Assembly (NCBI GenBank): GCA_950097015.1
Contig: CATNEN010000008.1
Span: forward strand, 1,364,001-1,428,000
Source of the DNA: Macrostomum hystrix
Taxonomy: Eukaryota; Animalia; Platyhelminthes
Direction of reading: 5' to 3'
Length of the DNA stretch: 64,000 nucleotides
Below, in pieces: positions 24,800 to 38,800 of the stretch; positions within the stretch are counted from its first letter, which is position 1; each line of letters opens with the position of its first letter. The position numbers and the translations under genes were made by a program. A model generated the notes under the pieces. That model saw only the letters and a list, made by a program, of their open reading frames with translations. It was not told the origin of the DNA and did not search any database.

Positions 24800-26940
24800 A
24801 ATTACTATTTTATCGGGGTATAGACTCGATTACTAACTACTTTATCGGGATATAGACAAGATTACTAACTACTTTATCGGGGTATAGACTAGATTACTAA
24901 CTACTTTATCGGGGTATAGACTAGATTACTAACTACTTTATCGGGGTATAGACTAGATTACTAACTACTTTATCGTGGTATAGACAAGATTACTAACTAC
25001 TTTATCGGGGTATAGACAAGATTACTAACTACTTTATCGGGGTATAGACTAGATTACTAACTACTTTATCGGGGTATAGACAAGATTACTAACTACTTTA
25101 TCGGGGTATAGACTCGATTACTAACTACTTTATCGTGGTATAGACAAGATTACTAACTACTTTATCGGGGTATAGACAAGATTACTAACTACTTTATCGG
25201 GGTATAGACTCGATTACTAACTACTTTATCGGGGTATAGACTAGATTACTAACTACTTTATCGGGGTATAGACTCGATTACTAACTACTTTATCGGGGTA
25301 TAGACTAGATTACTAACTACTTTATCGGGGTATAGACTCGATTACTAAATACTCTATCGGGGTATAGACTCGATTACTAACTACTCTATCGGGTTATAGA
25401 CTCGATTACAAACTACTTTATCGGGGTATAGACTAGATTACTAACTACTCTATCGGGTTATAGACTCGATTACTAACTACTTTATCGGGGTATAGACTAG
25501 ATTACTAACTACTTTATCGGGGTATAGACTAGATTACTAACTACTTTATCGGGATATAGACTAGATTACTAACTACTTTATCGGGGTATAGACTAGATTA
25601 CTAACTACTTTATCGGGGTATAGACTCGATTACTAACTACTTTATCGGGGTATAGACTCGATTACTAACTACTTTATCGGGATATAGACTCGATTACTAA
25701 CTACTTTATCGGGGTATAGACTCGATTACTAACTACTTTATCGTGGTATAGACTCGATTACTAACTACTTTATCGGGGTATAGACTCGATTACTAACTAC
25801 TTTATCGGGATATAGACAAGATTACTAACTACTTTATCGGGGTATAGACTCGATTACTAACTACTTTATCGGGATATAGACAAGATTACTAACTACTTTA
25901 TCGGGGTATAGACTAGATTACTAACTACTTTATCGGGGTATAGACTAGATTACTAACTACTTTATCGTGGTATAGACAAGATTACTAACTACTTTATCGG
26001 GGTATAGACAAGATTACTAACTACTTTATCGGGGTATAGACTAGATTACTAACTACTTTATCGGGATATAGACAAGATTACTAACTACTTTATCGGGGTA
26101 TAGACAAGATTACTAACTACTTTATCGGGGTATAGACTAGATTACTAACTACTTTATCGTGGTATAGACAAGATTACTAACTACTTTATCGGGGTATAGA
26201 CAAGATTACTAACTACTTTATCGGGGTATAGACTAGATTACTAACTACTTTATCGGGGTATAGACTAGATTACTAACTCTTTATCGGGGTATAGACAAGA
26301 TTACTAACTACTTTATCGAGGTGTAGACTAGATTACTAACTACTTTATCGGGTTATAGACTAGATTACTAACTACTTTATCGGGATATAGACTCGATTAC
26401 TAACTACTTTATCAGGGTATAGACTCGATCACTAACTACTTTATCAGGTTATAGACTCGATTACTAACTACTTTATCAGGGTATAGACTCGATTACTAAC
26501 TACTTTATCGGGATATAGACTAGATTACTAACTACTTTATCGGGATATAGACTCGATTACTAACTACTTTATCAGGGTATAGACTCGATCACTAACTACT
26601 TTATCAGGTTATAGACTCGATTACTAACTACTTTATCAGGGTATAGACTCGATTACTAACTACTTTATCAGGGTATAGACTCGATTACTAACTACTTTAT
26701 CGAGGTGTAGACTAGATTACTAACTACTCTATCGGGTTATAGACTAGATTACTAACTACTTTATCGGGTTATAGACTAGATTACTAACTACTCTATCGGG
26801 GTATTGACTAGATTACTAACTACTTTATCGAGGTGTAGACTAGATTACTAACTACTTTATCGAGGTGTAGACTAGATTACTAACTACTTTATCGAGGTGT
26901 AGACTAGATTACTAAATAATTTATCGGGGTATTGACTAGA
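24800..26940. repeat. 32-bp minisatellite
   Basis: Unit actactttatcggggtatagactagattacta, about 66 copies. Confidence 0.97.
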
Positions 26941-27809
26941 TTGATTACAAATTTTGAGATTAAAGACAATTATAAATTGTGGGATTATTCTTTTTAAATT
27001 GATTGATTTACTGATTCGTAGAGTTAATAATGTCAAGCTAGTCATTTTCCTAGGAATTATTGAAATTCCTAGGCAATTAATGTGCCGAATTTTTTACTGC
27101 ATTTGCTTATACTAAATTTAGGTAATCATCTAATAAACTTATTTCATTAAGGGACGATATATTTAGGAATAATTATAACAAAATGAACGAAATATACCTT
27201 TTTTATGATTTGCAGTTATCTGCATAGTTATTTTTTTCTTGACTATTGCGGCACGTGACAACTTCTAAGTCCAATGGATTATCTAAAAATAATATTTTAC
27301 AAGCTGAAAACTGAAATTGAAGTGCTCTTGGAGGCACTGAAAGTCTTTACATTGCGCTCGGTCAAAGGCAAACAACTGGTTGAAGCAGCAAAAAAATACA
27401 AGACAAGAATAAAAGACTGTCATAGGAATACGGCACAGCCGAATTGCTATGCCTAATCCCCTTGTTAAACTGAATCGTGTAAACCAGGATTTAGCAATGA
27501 CCGGACAAGGATTAGAAGGGCCAGGATCTGCATGAGGGTTGTTAGAATAAAAAAGCAAAAAATAATCCTAAAGACTGTTTGTCACTGAAGTCAAACAAAT
27601 ATTGGGCACACACAGAGTTCCTTTCCTTGTACCTTGTTCTCGTAAAATTGTGCTATCTTATTGAGAATCATGCTGTCTTAAAAATAAATACTAACAATTT
27701 TTCTGCGTAGTTGTGGAAGAATGAAATAAAATATTTATAGACTCGCCGAACAGTTGGTTCGTGGGATCAATAATACGTGCGATTGTGGGTCTCTGGTATT
27801 ATTGATTAA

Positions 27810-28320
27810 CGGGATTATTGATTTGGGATTTTTGATTTGTGGGAATCTTGATTTGTGGGATTATTATATTGATTTGTGGAATTATTGATTTGTGGGATTA
27901 TTGATTTGTGGGATTATTGATTTGTGGGATTATTGATTGGTGGGACTATTGATTTGTGGGATTATTGATTTGTGGGATTCTTGATTTGTGGGATTATTGA
28001 TTTGTGGGATTATTATATTGATTTGTGGGATTATTGATTTGTGGGATTATTGATTGGTGGGACTATTGATTTGTGGGATTGACTTGTGGGATTATTGATT
28101 TTCGCGATTATTGATTCGTGGGATTATTGATTTGTGGGATTATTTTTTTGTGGGATTCTTGATTTGTGGGATTATTGACTTGTGGGATTATTGATTTTCG
28201 CGATTATTGATTCGTGGGATTATTGATTTGTGGGATTATTGATTTGTGGGATTATTGATTTGTGGGATTTTCGATTTGTGAGATTATTTATTCGCTGGAT
28301 TTTTTATTCGTGGGATTATT
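27810..28320. repeat. 16-bp minisatellite
   Basis: Unit ttgatttgtgggatta. Confidence 0.9.
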
Positions 28321-28779
28321 TATTGTTCCGATCATTAGTTAATGTGATTTTTTCGAATGCCCGATACATTTTCGAGCTCTATAAACTGTGTTGCGTAAAT
28401 CGATGACAGCATGCAAGTCCTTATACTAGGCAAATAATTAAACCAAGGAAATGAAGTCATAAAGCAATTTAGAAGAAAGTGCTTGCAATCTTATGTATCG
28501 AATAAATAATATATTCCTGTCACTTTAGTGCTGGCCTCAAACAAGGCAAAGCAGCTGACCAACAGACGGTTGTAAATTTAGTTGCATTTTCCAACATCCA
28601 CATTCCGCTAGCCGCTGCCCGAACCCAAAGCTTCAGTAACATGCGGCATTATAGTTTTTAGATGTTGAACATCTAATGAATGTAATGTAAAAGATCAAAG
28701 TTTATTTGATTGTAAGAATACTATTCAACTTTAATATAATTCTTTGCGTTAGTTTCTTAAAGAGCAACTTTCGTTACTT

Positions 28780-29240
28780 TTCAAGCCTTAAGAAAAGTTC
28801 GAAAAATTTTCCTTAGAAATTCCGTTTCTTTTTGTCAGCTTTCACTGGAAAACACTTCCGTTACTTTCACTGGGACTTCTATTACTTCTATTGTTTCATT
28901 CGGAAATTCCATTTCCTTTGTCAGCATTCACCTGAGCTCAGGAGAAAATTCCGTTACTTCTAGCACGTTTACTGAGAAACTGAGAAAATTCCGTTACTTC
29001 TAGCACGTTTACTGAGAAACTTACGCTACTTTTGTCAGCTTTCACTGGAAAACACTTCCGTTACTTTCACTGGGACATCTGCTACTTCTATTGTTTCATT
29101 GGGAACTTCCGTTTCTTTTGTCAGCTTTCACGGAGGAAATTCCGTTACTTCTATCAATTTTACTGAAGAACTTCGAGAAACTCACTGAGTAACTTCCGTT
29201 ACTTCTGACTCTATTAGGTAAGAAGTTCCGTTACTCTCTG
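28780..29240. repeat. Degenerate tandem repeat
   Basis: Recurrent ttccgttactt, ttttgtcagctttcac and actgagaaa blocks. Confidence 0.65.
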
Positions 29241-30508
29241 CTAAATGTAACTTCGGAATCTTGGCTGCATGATGGCGAGAAGCCTTTATCTATTTCGTCT
29301 ATTTTCTGAGAGTGCAAGTTAATAATGTCGAGACATGCAAGTAAATAATAAACATATTAGCAACGATTCCGTTAAAATATTCCGAAATAAGCTATAGTTA
29401 AGTTTGTCTAAGAGTAGAACAGAGCGGAATTGCGACCCAAATCAAGGCTCTGAGAATGATTGTCGACTTGCTTATTTTAAAAAAGTCCAGCAAGAAGGCG
29501 GCTTGAAAGGAAAAATGCTTTTAGAAGAAGACCGACCTCCCCTTCCTCTCTCAGGATTGCGTGATTAACACTGGCTGAGACTTCACACTGGCGTGATGTC
29601 GCCGGTCTGAAAAAGGTAAAAAAGAAATTCACTATTTGATGGAGTTGAAGGATTAGGGAATGAAACATTTCTTTATGAGCTGCTGTTTCATTAAGGGTTG
29701 ATTGACTCTCACGATGAAAATGTTATGGGGTAAATAGGCCGTGATAGTTCGACTGTTAGAAAAAAGTGTGGGGATAAACACGCAGTGAAATAAATATATT
29801 CTAGGATAAATTGATTGTCGGATAAAAATACTGGGATAAAAAGTCTGCGGGATAAATAGACAGGGAAAAATAGGATAATCTTACTGTGATAAAAGTTGAT
29901 AGAGTTAAACTGCTGAGAACAAGGTAGAAAATTAATGTCGCCAATAAAAAAAGAGGTAAGAACACTCTATTACCATGCGTGAAGGAAATTACTCAAACAG
30001 GCTGTAGCAATGAGCATGAGATATTTCCTGCCCCAGGGAGCCACTTTGTTAGCTGCCTCAGAAAATGGTTGACTAAATGGCAAACAAACTAAACGACAGG
30101 AAACTATTTAGCTAAGGGGCACAATCAAGCACTTAACCTAGCGGTCCCTTTTCCGTGTATTTTGTTCCTATTGGTTTCTTAAAAATCTGCGCCCAAAAGT
30201 CCCATTAGCGAAAATTGGGAATCATTTTCCTGGTTGTACAATCTCTCTTCTAGGAGGATAGTGGGTTTATGAGAGGCGGACCTAAGGGTCAGGCACAATA
30301 ATTTATTGCACCTAACCCAGAAACTATTGCAAGCAAATAAGATCTTTAACCGCGCTCCCGTGTGTGTGTCACCAAGTCATGTCTTTTTAGGAGGCCGAAA
30401 GAGCGTGTTTTTTACCAAGCCTTACAGAAGTGTCTGCTAAGTAAAAAGATAAGATTAACAATAATTAAAGCAGAATTTCATAGAAGGTACTGGGTGTTTC
30501 TGCCACTT

Positions 30509-31092
30509 TAGTGAGCTCAGGATCATATTAACACTGATACTTCAGTGAGCTCAGGATCATATTAACACTGATACTTCAGTGAGCTCAGGATTCTATTAAC
30601 ACTGATACTTCAGTGAGCTCAGGATTCTATTAACACTGATACTTCAGTGAGCTCAGGATTCTATTAACACTGATACTTCAGTGAGCTCAGGATCATATTA
30701 ACACTGATACTTCAGTGAGCTCAGGATCATATTAACACTGATACTTCAGTGAGCTCAGGATCCTATTAACACTGATACTTCAGTGAGCTCAGGATCATAT
30801 TAACACTGATACTTCAGTGAGCTCAGGATCATATTAACACTGATACTTCAGTGAGCTCAGGATTCTATTAACACTGATACTTCAGTGAGCTCAGGATCAT
30901 ATTAACACTGATACTTCAGTGAGCTCAGGATCATATTAACACTGATACTTCAGTGAGCTCAGGATCATATTAACACTGATACTTCAGTGAGCTCAGGATC
31001 ATATTAACACTGATACTTCAGTGAGCTCAGGATCATATTAACACTGATACTTCAGTGAGCTCAGGATCATATTAACACCGGAACTTCAGTAA
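30509..31092. repeat. 34-bp minisatellite
   Basis: Unit cagtgagctcaggatcatattaacactgatactt x about 17. Confidence 0.97.
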
Positions 31093-31699
31093 CCAATAGA
31101 AATGGTTAGTTACTCAACTCACACTAGTTGTCTTTTCTTCAAACAGTGATTAACGAACTAGGATCTTTGCAAGCCCATGGGATAGCTTATTAAATATGAC
31201 TATGAAAATATGCATCGAACCGAATATATGCATCACATAGGGGAAGCACGAGATGTGGCGGGAGTGGGACAAACCACTGGGAGTTCCCCAGTGCGACCGA
31301 AATCAGCAGTGCGAGGCACCGCTGCAGGAGATAAATACTAGCAGTGCTACGACTCAAATGAGTCTCAACCAGCCGCCGCGAGTTCTATCATTCGGTCAAA
31401 CAGAAGCGGCAGTTCCTACAGCTGCTAGCTGATATAACCGCAGCGTCCCATTTCACGCCTGACTAACCGTGCATGACTTTTGCGTTTTTTAGTCTCCCTA
31501 AGCCCTCTCAAGCAATGTCTCTGTCGGATCTGATTTTTTTACAGTAGCAGCCATTCTAATATACTTTAGTTGATTAATATTCAAACTTTGCTACTTTAGA
31601 AGCTTATTGAATTACGCCGTAAGGGCTTCGGGTGTACAGAAGGTTATAAAACAGATAATACACGTACACAGAACTGCAGACATAAACGCGCGCACAGAT

Positions 31700-32265
31700 A
31701 AAAAGACATGTACTTATAGACACACAAACGATATGTACTCATAGACACATACAAACGGATAATGTACTCATAGACACACAAACGATATGTACTCATAGAC
31801 ACATACATACGGATAATGTACTCATAGACACACAAACGATATGTACTCATAGACACATACAAACGGATAATGTACTCAAAGACACAGACAAACGGATAAT
31901 GTACTCATAGACACATACAAACGATATGTACTCATAGACACACAAACGATATGTACTCATAGACACATGCAAACGGATAATGTACTCATAGACACATACA
32001 AACGGATAATGTACTCATAGACACATACAAACGGATAATGTACTCATAGACACATGCAAACGGATAATGTACTCATAGACACATACAAACGGATAATGTA
32101 CTCATAGACACATACAAACGGATAATGTACTCATAGACACATACAAACGGATAATGTACTCATAGACACATACAAACGGATAATGTACTCATAGACACAT
32201 ACAAACGGATAATGTACTCATAGACACATACAAACGGATAATGTACTCATAGACACATACAAACG
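31700..32265. repeat. 29-bp minisatellite
   Basis: Unit aaacggataatgtactcatagacacatac. Confidence 0.95.
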
Positions 32266-32674
32266 TAAACGTTTCCTAAATTTATTGATCTTAACAGTAA
32301 TTTACCACTTACCTCTTACATGAGAAATTACAAAAAACACTCACAAATATAATAAGCAAATACTTATCACGAGAAGCTAACCAGCAATGTTCAGCTAAAT
32401 GGATCTGAAATTGCCGGGGTATTTCAGACTATTTCTAGGCGCGACTGCAGTAAAAAAACAGCACCGGAGAGAAAATCAACAATAACAAAAATTGCATAGG
32501 GCTTGATAGAAAAACCGGTTAATAATTTATAGATTAAACCAGCGATTGGGCATCAGTTTTTGGCGCCATTTAGTTAGAAAATATTTAGCATCTGAAGGTC
32601 GTGAGTTCGAATTCGCAGCGGTGCTACACCGAAGGCGCTGAGGTCTTATCCCTCTCCCCTGTATTATCACTTCC

Positions 32675-33720
32675 TGTCTCATCTTTCCCCATCTCATCCC
32701 TCCCTTATCACACCTCTCATGTCTCATCTCTCCACTGTCTGATCACTCCACTGTCTCATCCATCCACAGTCTCGTCTCTCCATTGTCTCATCTCTCCACT
32801 GTCTCATCTCTCCACTGTCTCATCTCTCCGTTGTCTCATCTCTCCGTTGTCTCATCTCTTCCCCTGTCTCATCTCTCCATTGTCTCATCTCTTCCCCTGT
32901 CCCATCTCTCCATTGTCTCATCTCTCCATTGTCTCATCTCTCCACTGTCTCATCTCTCCATTGTCTCATCTCTCCATTGTCTCATCTCTCCATTGTCTCA
33001 TCTCTTCCCCTGTCTCATCTCTCCATTGTCTCATCTCTCCATTGTCTCATCTCTTCCCCTATCTCATCTCTCCCCTGTCTCATCTCTTTCCCTATCTCAT
33101 CTCTCCTCTGTCTCATCTCTCCATTGTCTCATCTCTTCCCCTGTCTCATCTCTTTCCCTATCTCATCTCTCCTCTGTCTCATATCTCCATTGTCTCATCT
33201 CTCCATTGTCTCATCTCTTCCCCTATCTCATCTCTCCCCTGTCTCATCTCTTTCCCTATCTCATCTCTCCTCTGTCTCATCTCTCCATTGTCTCATCTCT
33301 TCCCCTGTCTCATCTCTTTCCCTATCTCATCTCTCCTCTGTCTCATATCTCCATTGTCTCATCTCTCCATTGTCTCATCTCTCCATTGTCTCATTTCTTC
33401 CCCTATCTCATCTCTCCCCTGTCTCATCTCTTTCCCTATCTCATCTCTCCTCTGTCTCATCTCTCCATTGTCTCATCTCTTCCCCTGTCTCATCTCTTTC
33501 CCTATCTCATCTCTCCTCTGTCTCATATCTCCATTGTCTCATCTCTCCACTGTCTCATCTCTCCATTGTCTCATCTCTTCCCCTGTCTCATCTCTTTCCC
33601 TATCTCATCTCTCCTCTGTCTCATATCTCCATTGTCTCATCTCTCCATTGTCTCATCTCTCCCCTGTCTCATCTCTCCCCTGTCTCACTCTCCATTGTCT
33701 CATCTCTCCCCATCTAATCT
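32675..33720. repeat. 16-bp minisatellite, reverse-complement family of 13553-15053
   Basis: tcccctgtctcatctc and tccattgtctcatctc units. Confidence 0.93.
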
Positions 33721-35171
33721 CTCCGGTTCAGCAGGTGTGCCAAGCGCAGTTGCAAGCTGAAATAATAGTAGACTGACACAATCAGCCAGAAGCCAATATG
33801 AGCAGAGCAGGTGAGACACAGATACAGAGCGTGGTTAGCCAACCAAGGCAAGAAAAAGCAGGAGCTAGGAAAGCAAAAAGTTTGAAGCCTTTTATTGTAA
33901 TAATCCAAGCAACAAAAGAGCCATGGCCAGCTCTATCTACGGACCACACTCCACCCGCCCCCGTTAACACGGCGAGTTAACACTTCCGCGTCCATCCAAG
34001 CAAGGACCGGATCGGCATATAGTGCAACTTCACGGGCTTATAGAAAGCATTTTTCCTCACCATGTCAAGACACGGGCAACAACAACAACGACCGGGGGGC
34101 GTGGCCCAACAATTCCTAGATGTTGAACACAAAATATTACTCTTCCATTGGCCTCCATTCAGCCTGTCGGATCAATAGTATGTGGTCCTGCCACAATTAT
34201 GACTGGAGCGAAAGAAAAAAACGCATGCAATTTCTAGCCATTAGGAGCTGTGCTAAAAAAGCAGCAGCAGCAGCAGCGTGCCAAACGGAAGAGCAGACTG
34301 GTCAGGCTGTGACACGCATGATAGAAAAAGCATGGCTGCGAGAAGGATTCAACCAGACTGGGAATTGTCCGCAGTGTGAGTTTTCTTAATAAGACAACAT
34401 TTTTGCGCGCTGTAGCCATTTCAGAAAGACATATCGACTTACCATTGGATGAAAGATCGCAATCGATTCATGCATTCTTAGATTTCTTAGAAGAGAAAAT
34501 CATTTAATTTAAATCTCCGCGCGCAGTCTGATAAGTCAAAACCGAACAAAATGGACAATAATTAAACATGGATACAATAAAGAACGTTACAGTGCTTACT
34601 AAGCGATAAAACCTTCAGACTTCGGACCGTGAGGTCCAGAGCTCGAATCTTAACTAAAGGGAGATAAATTTTGTCCCTAACAGTAGAAAGGGACTAGGCT
34701 ATTTTAGCCAGGCTGCGTTTAATGGTCTCGGAGTCGAGCGTAGCGAGAGCCGAGGACCATCGATTGCAGCCGAGGATATTCTAACCATAGACTATGATGA
34801 CTATGATAGACTATGACTATAAACGGCGTTTATTTCATATTTGAAATTCGATTGCTTATTTTTCGGGGGGCATCCCATCTGATTGATTAGACATATAGGT
34901 TTAGACCATTTGATTCCGACCATAGACAAAAAATAAATTTCTCACTCACGAAGATACAGTCACGAAGCAGCCAGTCAGTCAGTGGTGGCAAAACGTAAAA
35001 GCCGAATTCAAAGTTCACTTCAAAGTTCCATATAATGCTCCTTATTTCGAGGATATAATATCCTAGTTTTTGTCGAATAATCTCACCAAAAATTACCATA
35101 GACAACACATTCCCGGCTCAGAATAGTACAATTTTTAAAGGATTAAATAAGCAATCGTATTTTATAATTTT

Positions 35172-35265
35172 AAGCAAGACACTTAATTTGAGCCATAAAT
35201 AGTGCTTCAGTTCACCCAGCTGAGAAACAAATTTGTCATATGGACTGAACAGCTTGTACACAACT
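35172..35265 (+). mobile_element. SINE copy C (5'-truncated)
   Basis: agcaagacacttaa...gcttcagttcacccagctg...atggactgaacagc matches the central and tail blocks of copies A and B. Confidence 0.6.
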
Positions 35266-35892
35266 GTGTATATTGTTTTATTACTAAATTGTTATCTAAA
35301 CACTTAAATAAAAATGAGTAGCGAATCAAGCTGCCATCCCTGTCACAGAGCGTATAGTTTATTTTTGTTTATCAACGATCTCGGGAGAAAATTACAAATC
35401 ATCTACTCGTATTTACAATAGAAGTAAAAAATTCTTGCTAGCCAAACTTACAATGTACACAGCACACAGCTCCGACATTTCAATAACAAAAAAGGTCAGT
35501 AAAAAGCTTCTATAAAAATGATAAAATAATCAGAAATAGCTCCTGTAATAAAATCAATCGAATGAAAAAAAAACTGAACAAGTATGACGCCAGTGAAAAC
35601 ACAATTAAAAAACGCAGATATTTACAAGAGAAACAAGATAAAAATTAACTTACCCTGAAGTTCCGCAATGTACAGGACAATAAGGAAAATCTTAGTAAAT
35701 ATAAGCATCAATAGTTACGATATTTTCAAAAGGCAATCAATTCTAACTATTTTCTGTCAAAAAAATATTTTATTTACTATTGTAGAGAAACACAATGAAA
35801 TTTTATTTACAAAAACTTACTTTATTTGAGATTCATTGCAAAGACAAAACTAACCATTTAATTAAAGATTAAATAAGTCGTTATTATATAAA

Positions 35893-38800
35893 CTAATTGG
35901 CAGATCGAGGCGAAGTCTCTTTGGAATTCAAACCGTTCGAGTCTCTACTAAACAGAACATCGGACAGGTCGGCCTGGGACTCCAGGTGTAGTTTCTGAAG
36001 TTTTAATAAAATTTTAAGATAAATATAGAATAGGAAATAATTATTACTCAAAGTAGCAACTACCGGATATTCTATTTCATAGGAGAATTTATCTGTATAA
36101 TATGAGACAGAGGAGGGGGAGTAAGATGAGTAAGAAGAGGGGTAGACTGAGGGGGAGACAGAGGAGGGGGAGATGTCCCCCCAGTCTGAGCCGGGAAGCT
36201 CACCTGCTCTCCAGCCAGGTGCAGTAGGCAGTTGAACACGAGCTGCACAGACAGCTCGCCGGAGCAGGCTCCAACAGCAGCCGGCATCTTTGGCAATTGT
36301 TCCAATAGGCTAGCAAAGGAAGCGGAAGATGATTGACTAGAATTGGAAGAAGACTCCGTCAACGAATTGGAAGACGCTGGCTCAACCAGCTGCCACATGG
36401 CACGCTTCAATCGTCTGGCGTCGACACGTTTAGCAGTGCGAGCGTAGGCCAAATCAAGGCGCTGAACTTTGTAAGGCGGCTCGAGTAGGCCGTGAGCGAA
36501 CGGATCTGCGAAGGAGGCAGCGGCTTCTGCTGACGATGATTCACAACAGCCGTCTGGCGATAGCTGCAGAGCCGAAGTGGCCGCTTCAACATCGGCTGTT
36601 GTTGAAGAAACAACTTCTTCGGCAGAATCTTCCATTGCGGCATCTTCGAGGATGTCGTTGTCGTCGATGTCTATGTCACAAGTTGCAGCAGCTTCGGCAT
36701 CAACGACAGTGTCGGCTGTAGCACCTGATGTTTCAACGGCACGTTCGTCACTCTGGGCAATGTACGTGGAATCCCGAGCAATGACTGACTGATCGCCGGC
36801 AGCAGCATCACCTGCGGCTTGGCCAGCCAGTCGATGACTTCGCCTGACTCCGACTGCAAATGGCACACCAGGCGCGGACGATGCTGATTCCGTCGAGGCG
36901 GCCGCGTCGGCGGCGAGTGCGTCGGCTAGTCGATCTCGGCGTCGCTGAGCCGCGGCTTCCCAGGCGCTGCGACGACGTCGCCGACGAGGCTCCGATGGTG
37001 CCAGATCCTGCTGAGTAAGGCGATGGTGGAGCTCTATGATTTGTCTTATTTATATTTATGATGTCTCATCTACTGTGAGGGCTCGCTTGGAAGCGAAGAA
37101 TCAGTCGGAGCATTGAAAATATTTTTCTTAGTTTCAGATTAGCTGCAAAACAGGGATTATAATTAGGCAGTGGCAATCGTCCTGGAGACCCTCCTAAATT
37201 TTGTTATATATAGCTTGCATCAGTGACTGCGGCAAAGTCCCGATGCAACCCTTTGCACCTGACCAGCGTCAACCAAGCCGAGCGGCTGAGGGTGCAGAAG
37301 AAGCAGCGCCTGTTGGCGGAGGAAGTCAGCTATATGGCCAATGGCAGCCTGTAGCGCCTTTTCTGCAGGTAGGCTCGGGGTCGCCGCAAATAAATACCCG
37401 GGCATGGCAAATGACCCGGAAAATCAGCGGCTGCTGATTGGGGAGAAGCAACGGCTCCTGCAGCCTCCTCCTCTGCCATGCCCTGGTGTTGATCTTTGAT
37501 GTACCAACTAGACGGAATTCACAGATTGCTGTTTCCTCGACAGCTTCATTTTCATTCTGAAGCCAATCCAGAATGCAGCCGAGTTGACAGTGAGAACCGG
37601 AAAGATTGGCTGTATTACGTCAAGTCGAACTTATAATCAAGACGTTGTCTTAACTTGATTGCAACCTACTCAGGACGGAAGCTGCCCTATGATTTGCTTT
37701 AACCGAGCTGCAGCACCTCGATTGTGAAATTGTTGGGGCACTGTTAAGTTCGCCGCATTTATACTTATTAACCCATACCCCAGCAAGTTGGCAGCAGCGG
37801 CAGTGGCGGCGGGAGAAGCGCCACCACAGGCGGGATTGCTGCGAAGTACACAGTCTCTCCAGCAACAGTTCCTCGAATCACGGTTATTAAAAAAAATATC
37901 GGTGACATTTCGGCATAAAAGGTGCACTCGAATTCATTTCCAAAACACCCACTAAATAGGCCGCTAAAGTGCCTGTTTTGTGCACCTCGCTTACCTTTAA
38001 TGCCTAAGCAGGTGCATAACTTCTCTAAAGGGATTATCTATTCTAGTATCTATTCTAGTTACAACTCACCTTTGCCACGTCGCACACCTGCAGCAGCTGC
38101 TCTTCGCCTCCAGTGGGATCTTCGCCTCGAGGCGATGAATTAGACAGTGGGCGCGACACGCCGGCAGGACTGTCGGTCTTCAACAGGCAACGACGCGGCC
38201 CTTCAAAGCCGGGCCACCAGGCGCCTAGACAAAGCAGCCGATTCGATGTCGCAGTGGCTGATTCGCCGGAACAGTCGGCCTCGCTGAACGAGCTAGACGA
38301 CGACAGGCCGAGAAATCGGCGAAGACCGCCAGCAAAATCGGCGATACCAGCGGCGGGGGTCGAAGCTCCGACTGGCACGGAGCTTCTAACTGGCGCGTCC
38401 AAATCCGCCAGCCAGACGGTGTCGTCATTCTCACCTTGAAAGTCGTCATCGTCGGCTTCGCTAACGCTGATATCGCCATCCTCGTTACGATGATGCAATG
38501 CAGTGGGCAATCGAAGCTCCGATAATTCTTCGCACAGAACATCTGATCCTTCGACTGTCCGTTGAAGCGCAGCTGATAAGTGCCTAGGAAGTTCTCGGAG
38601 CTCCTCGACAGCCACAGCGCCAGGACAATCTTCGACATCGTCGCCGAGTCCCAATCTGACGTCGGAGTCCAGCAGAATTTCGCAATTGTTGTCGGCCACG
38701 CGGGCGGCATTCAGGCGCAGCTCCCAGGCGGCTGATTCGTCGTAGGCCGCGGCCTGCTGATGAAACAGCGGGTCCAGGTCGAAGCGAAGGCTTGAGGGTT

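Noticed and set aside
24800-26940. CRISPR-like look of the regular 25-41-bp arrays (also 30509, 55576, 57400, 63065)
   Set aside because: The units are head-to-tail with no unique spacers, there are no cas genes, and the context is spliceosomal-intron eukaryotic DNA.
27274-27558. Short ORFs possibly from a transposase or THAP fragment (also 18493-18717)
   Set aside because: No recognisable motif in any frame.
33730-33812. Exon-like segments with good splice sites (33730-33810; 29525-29612)
   Set aside because: All three frames contain stops and there is no linked gene. They could be non-coding exons, but this is unsupported.
37011-38069. Extra NCAPH exons in the moderately GC-rich third segment
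   Set aside because: Flanking exons join in phase 0 to give a normal-length protein, and the internal frames have stops and no CAP-H similarity.
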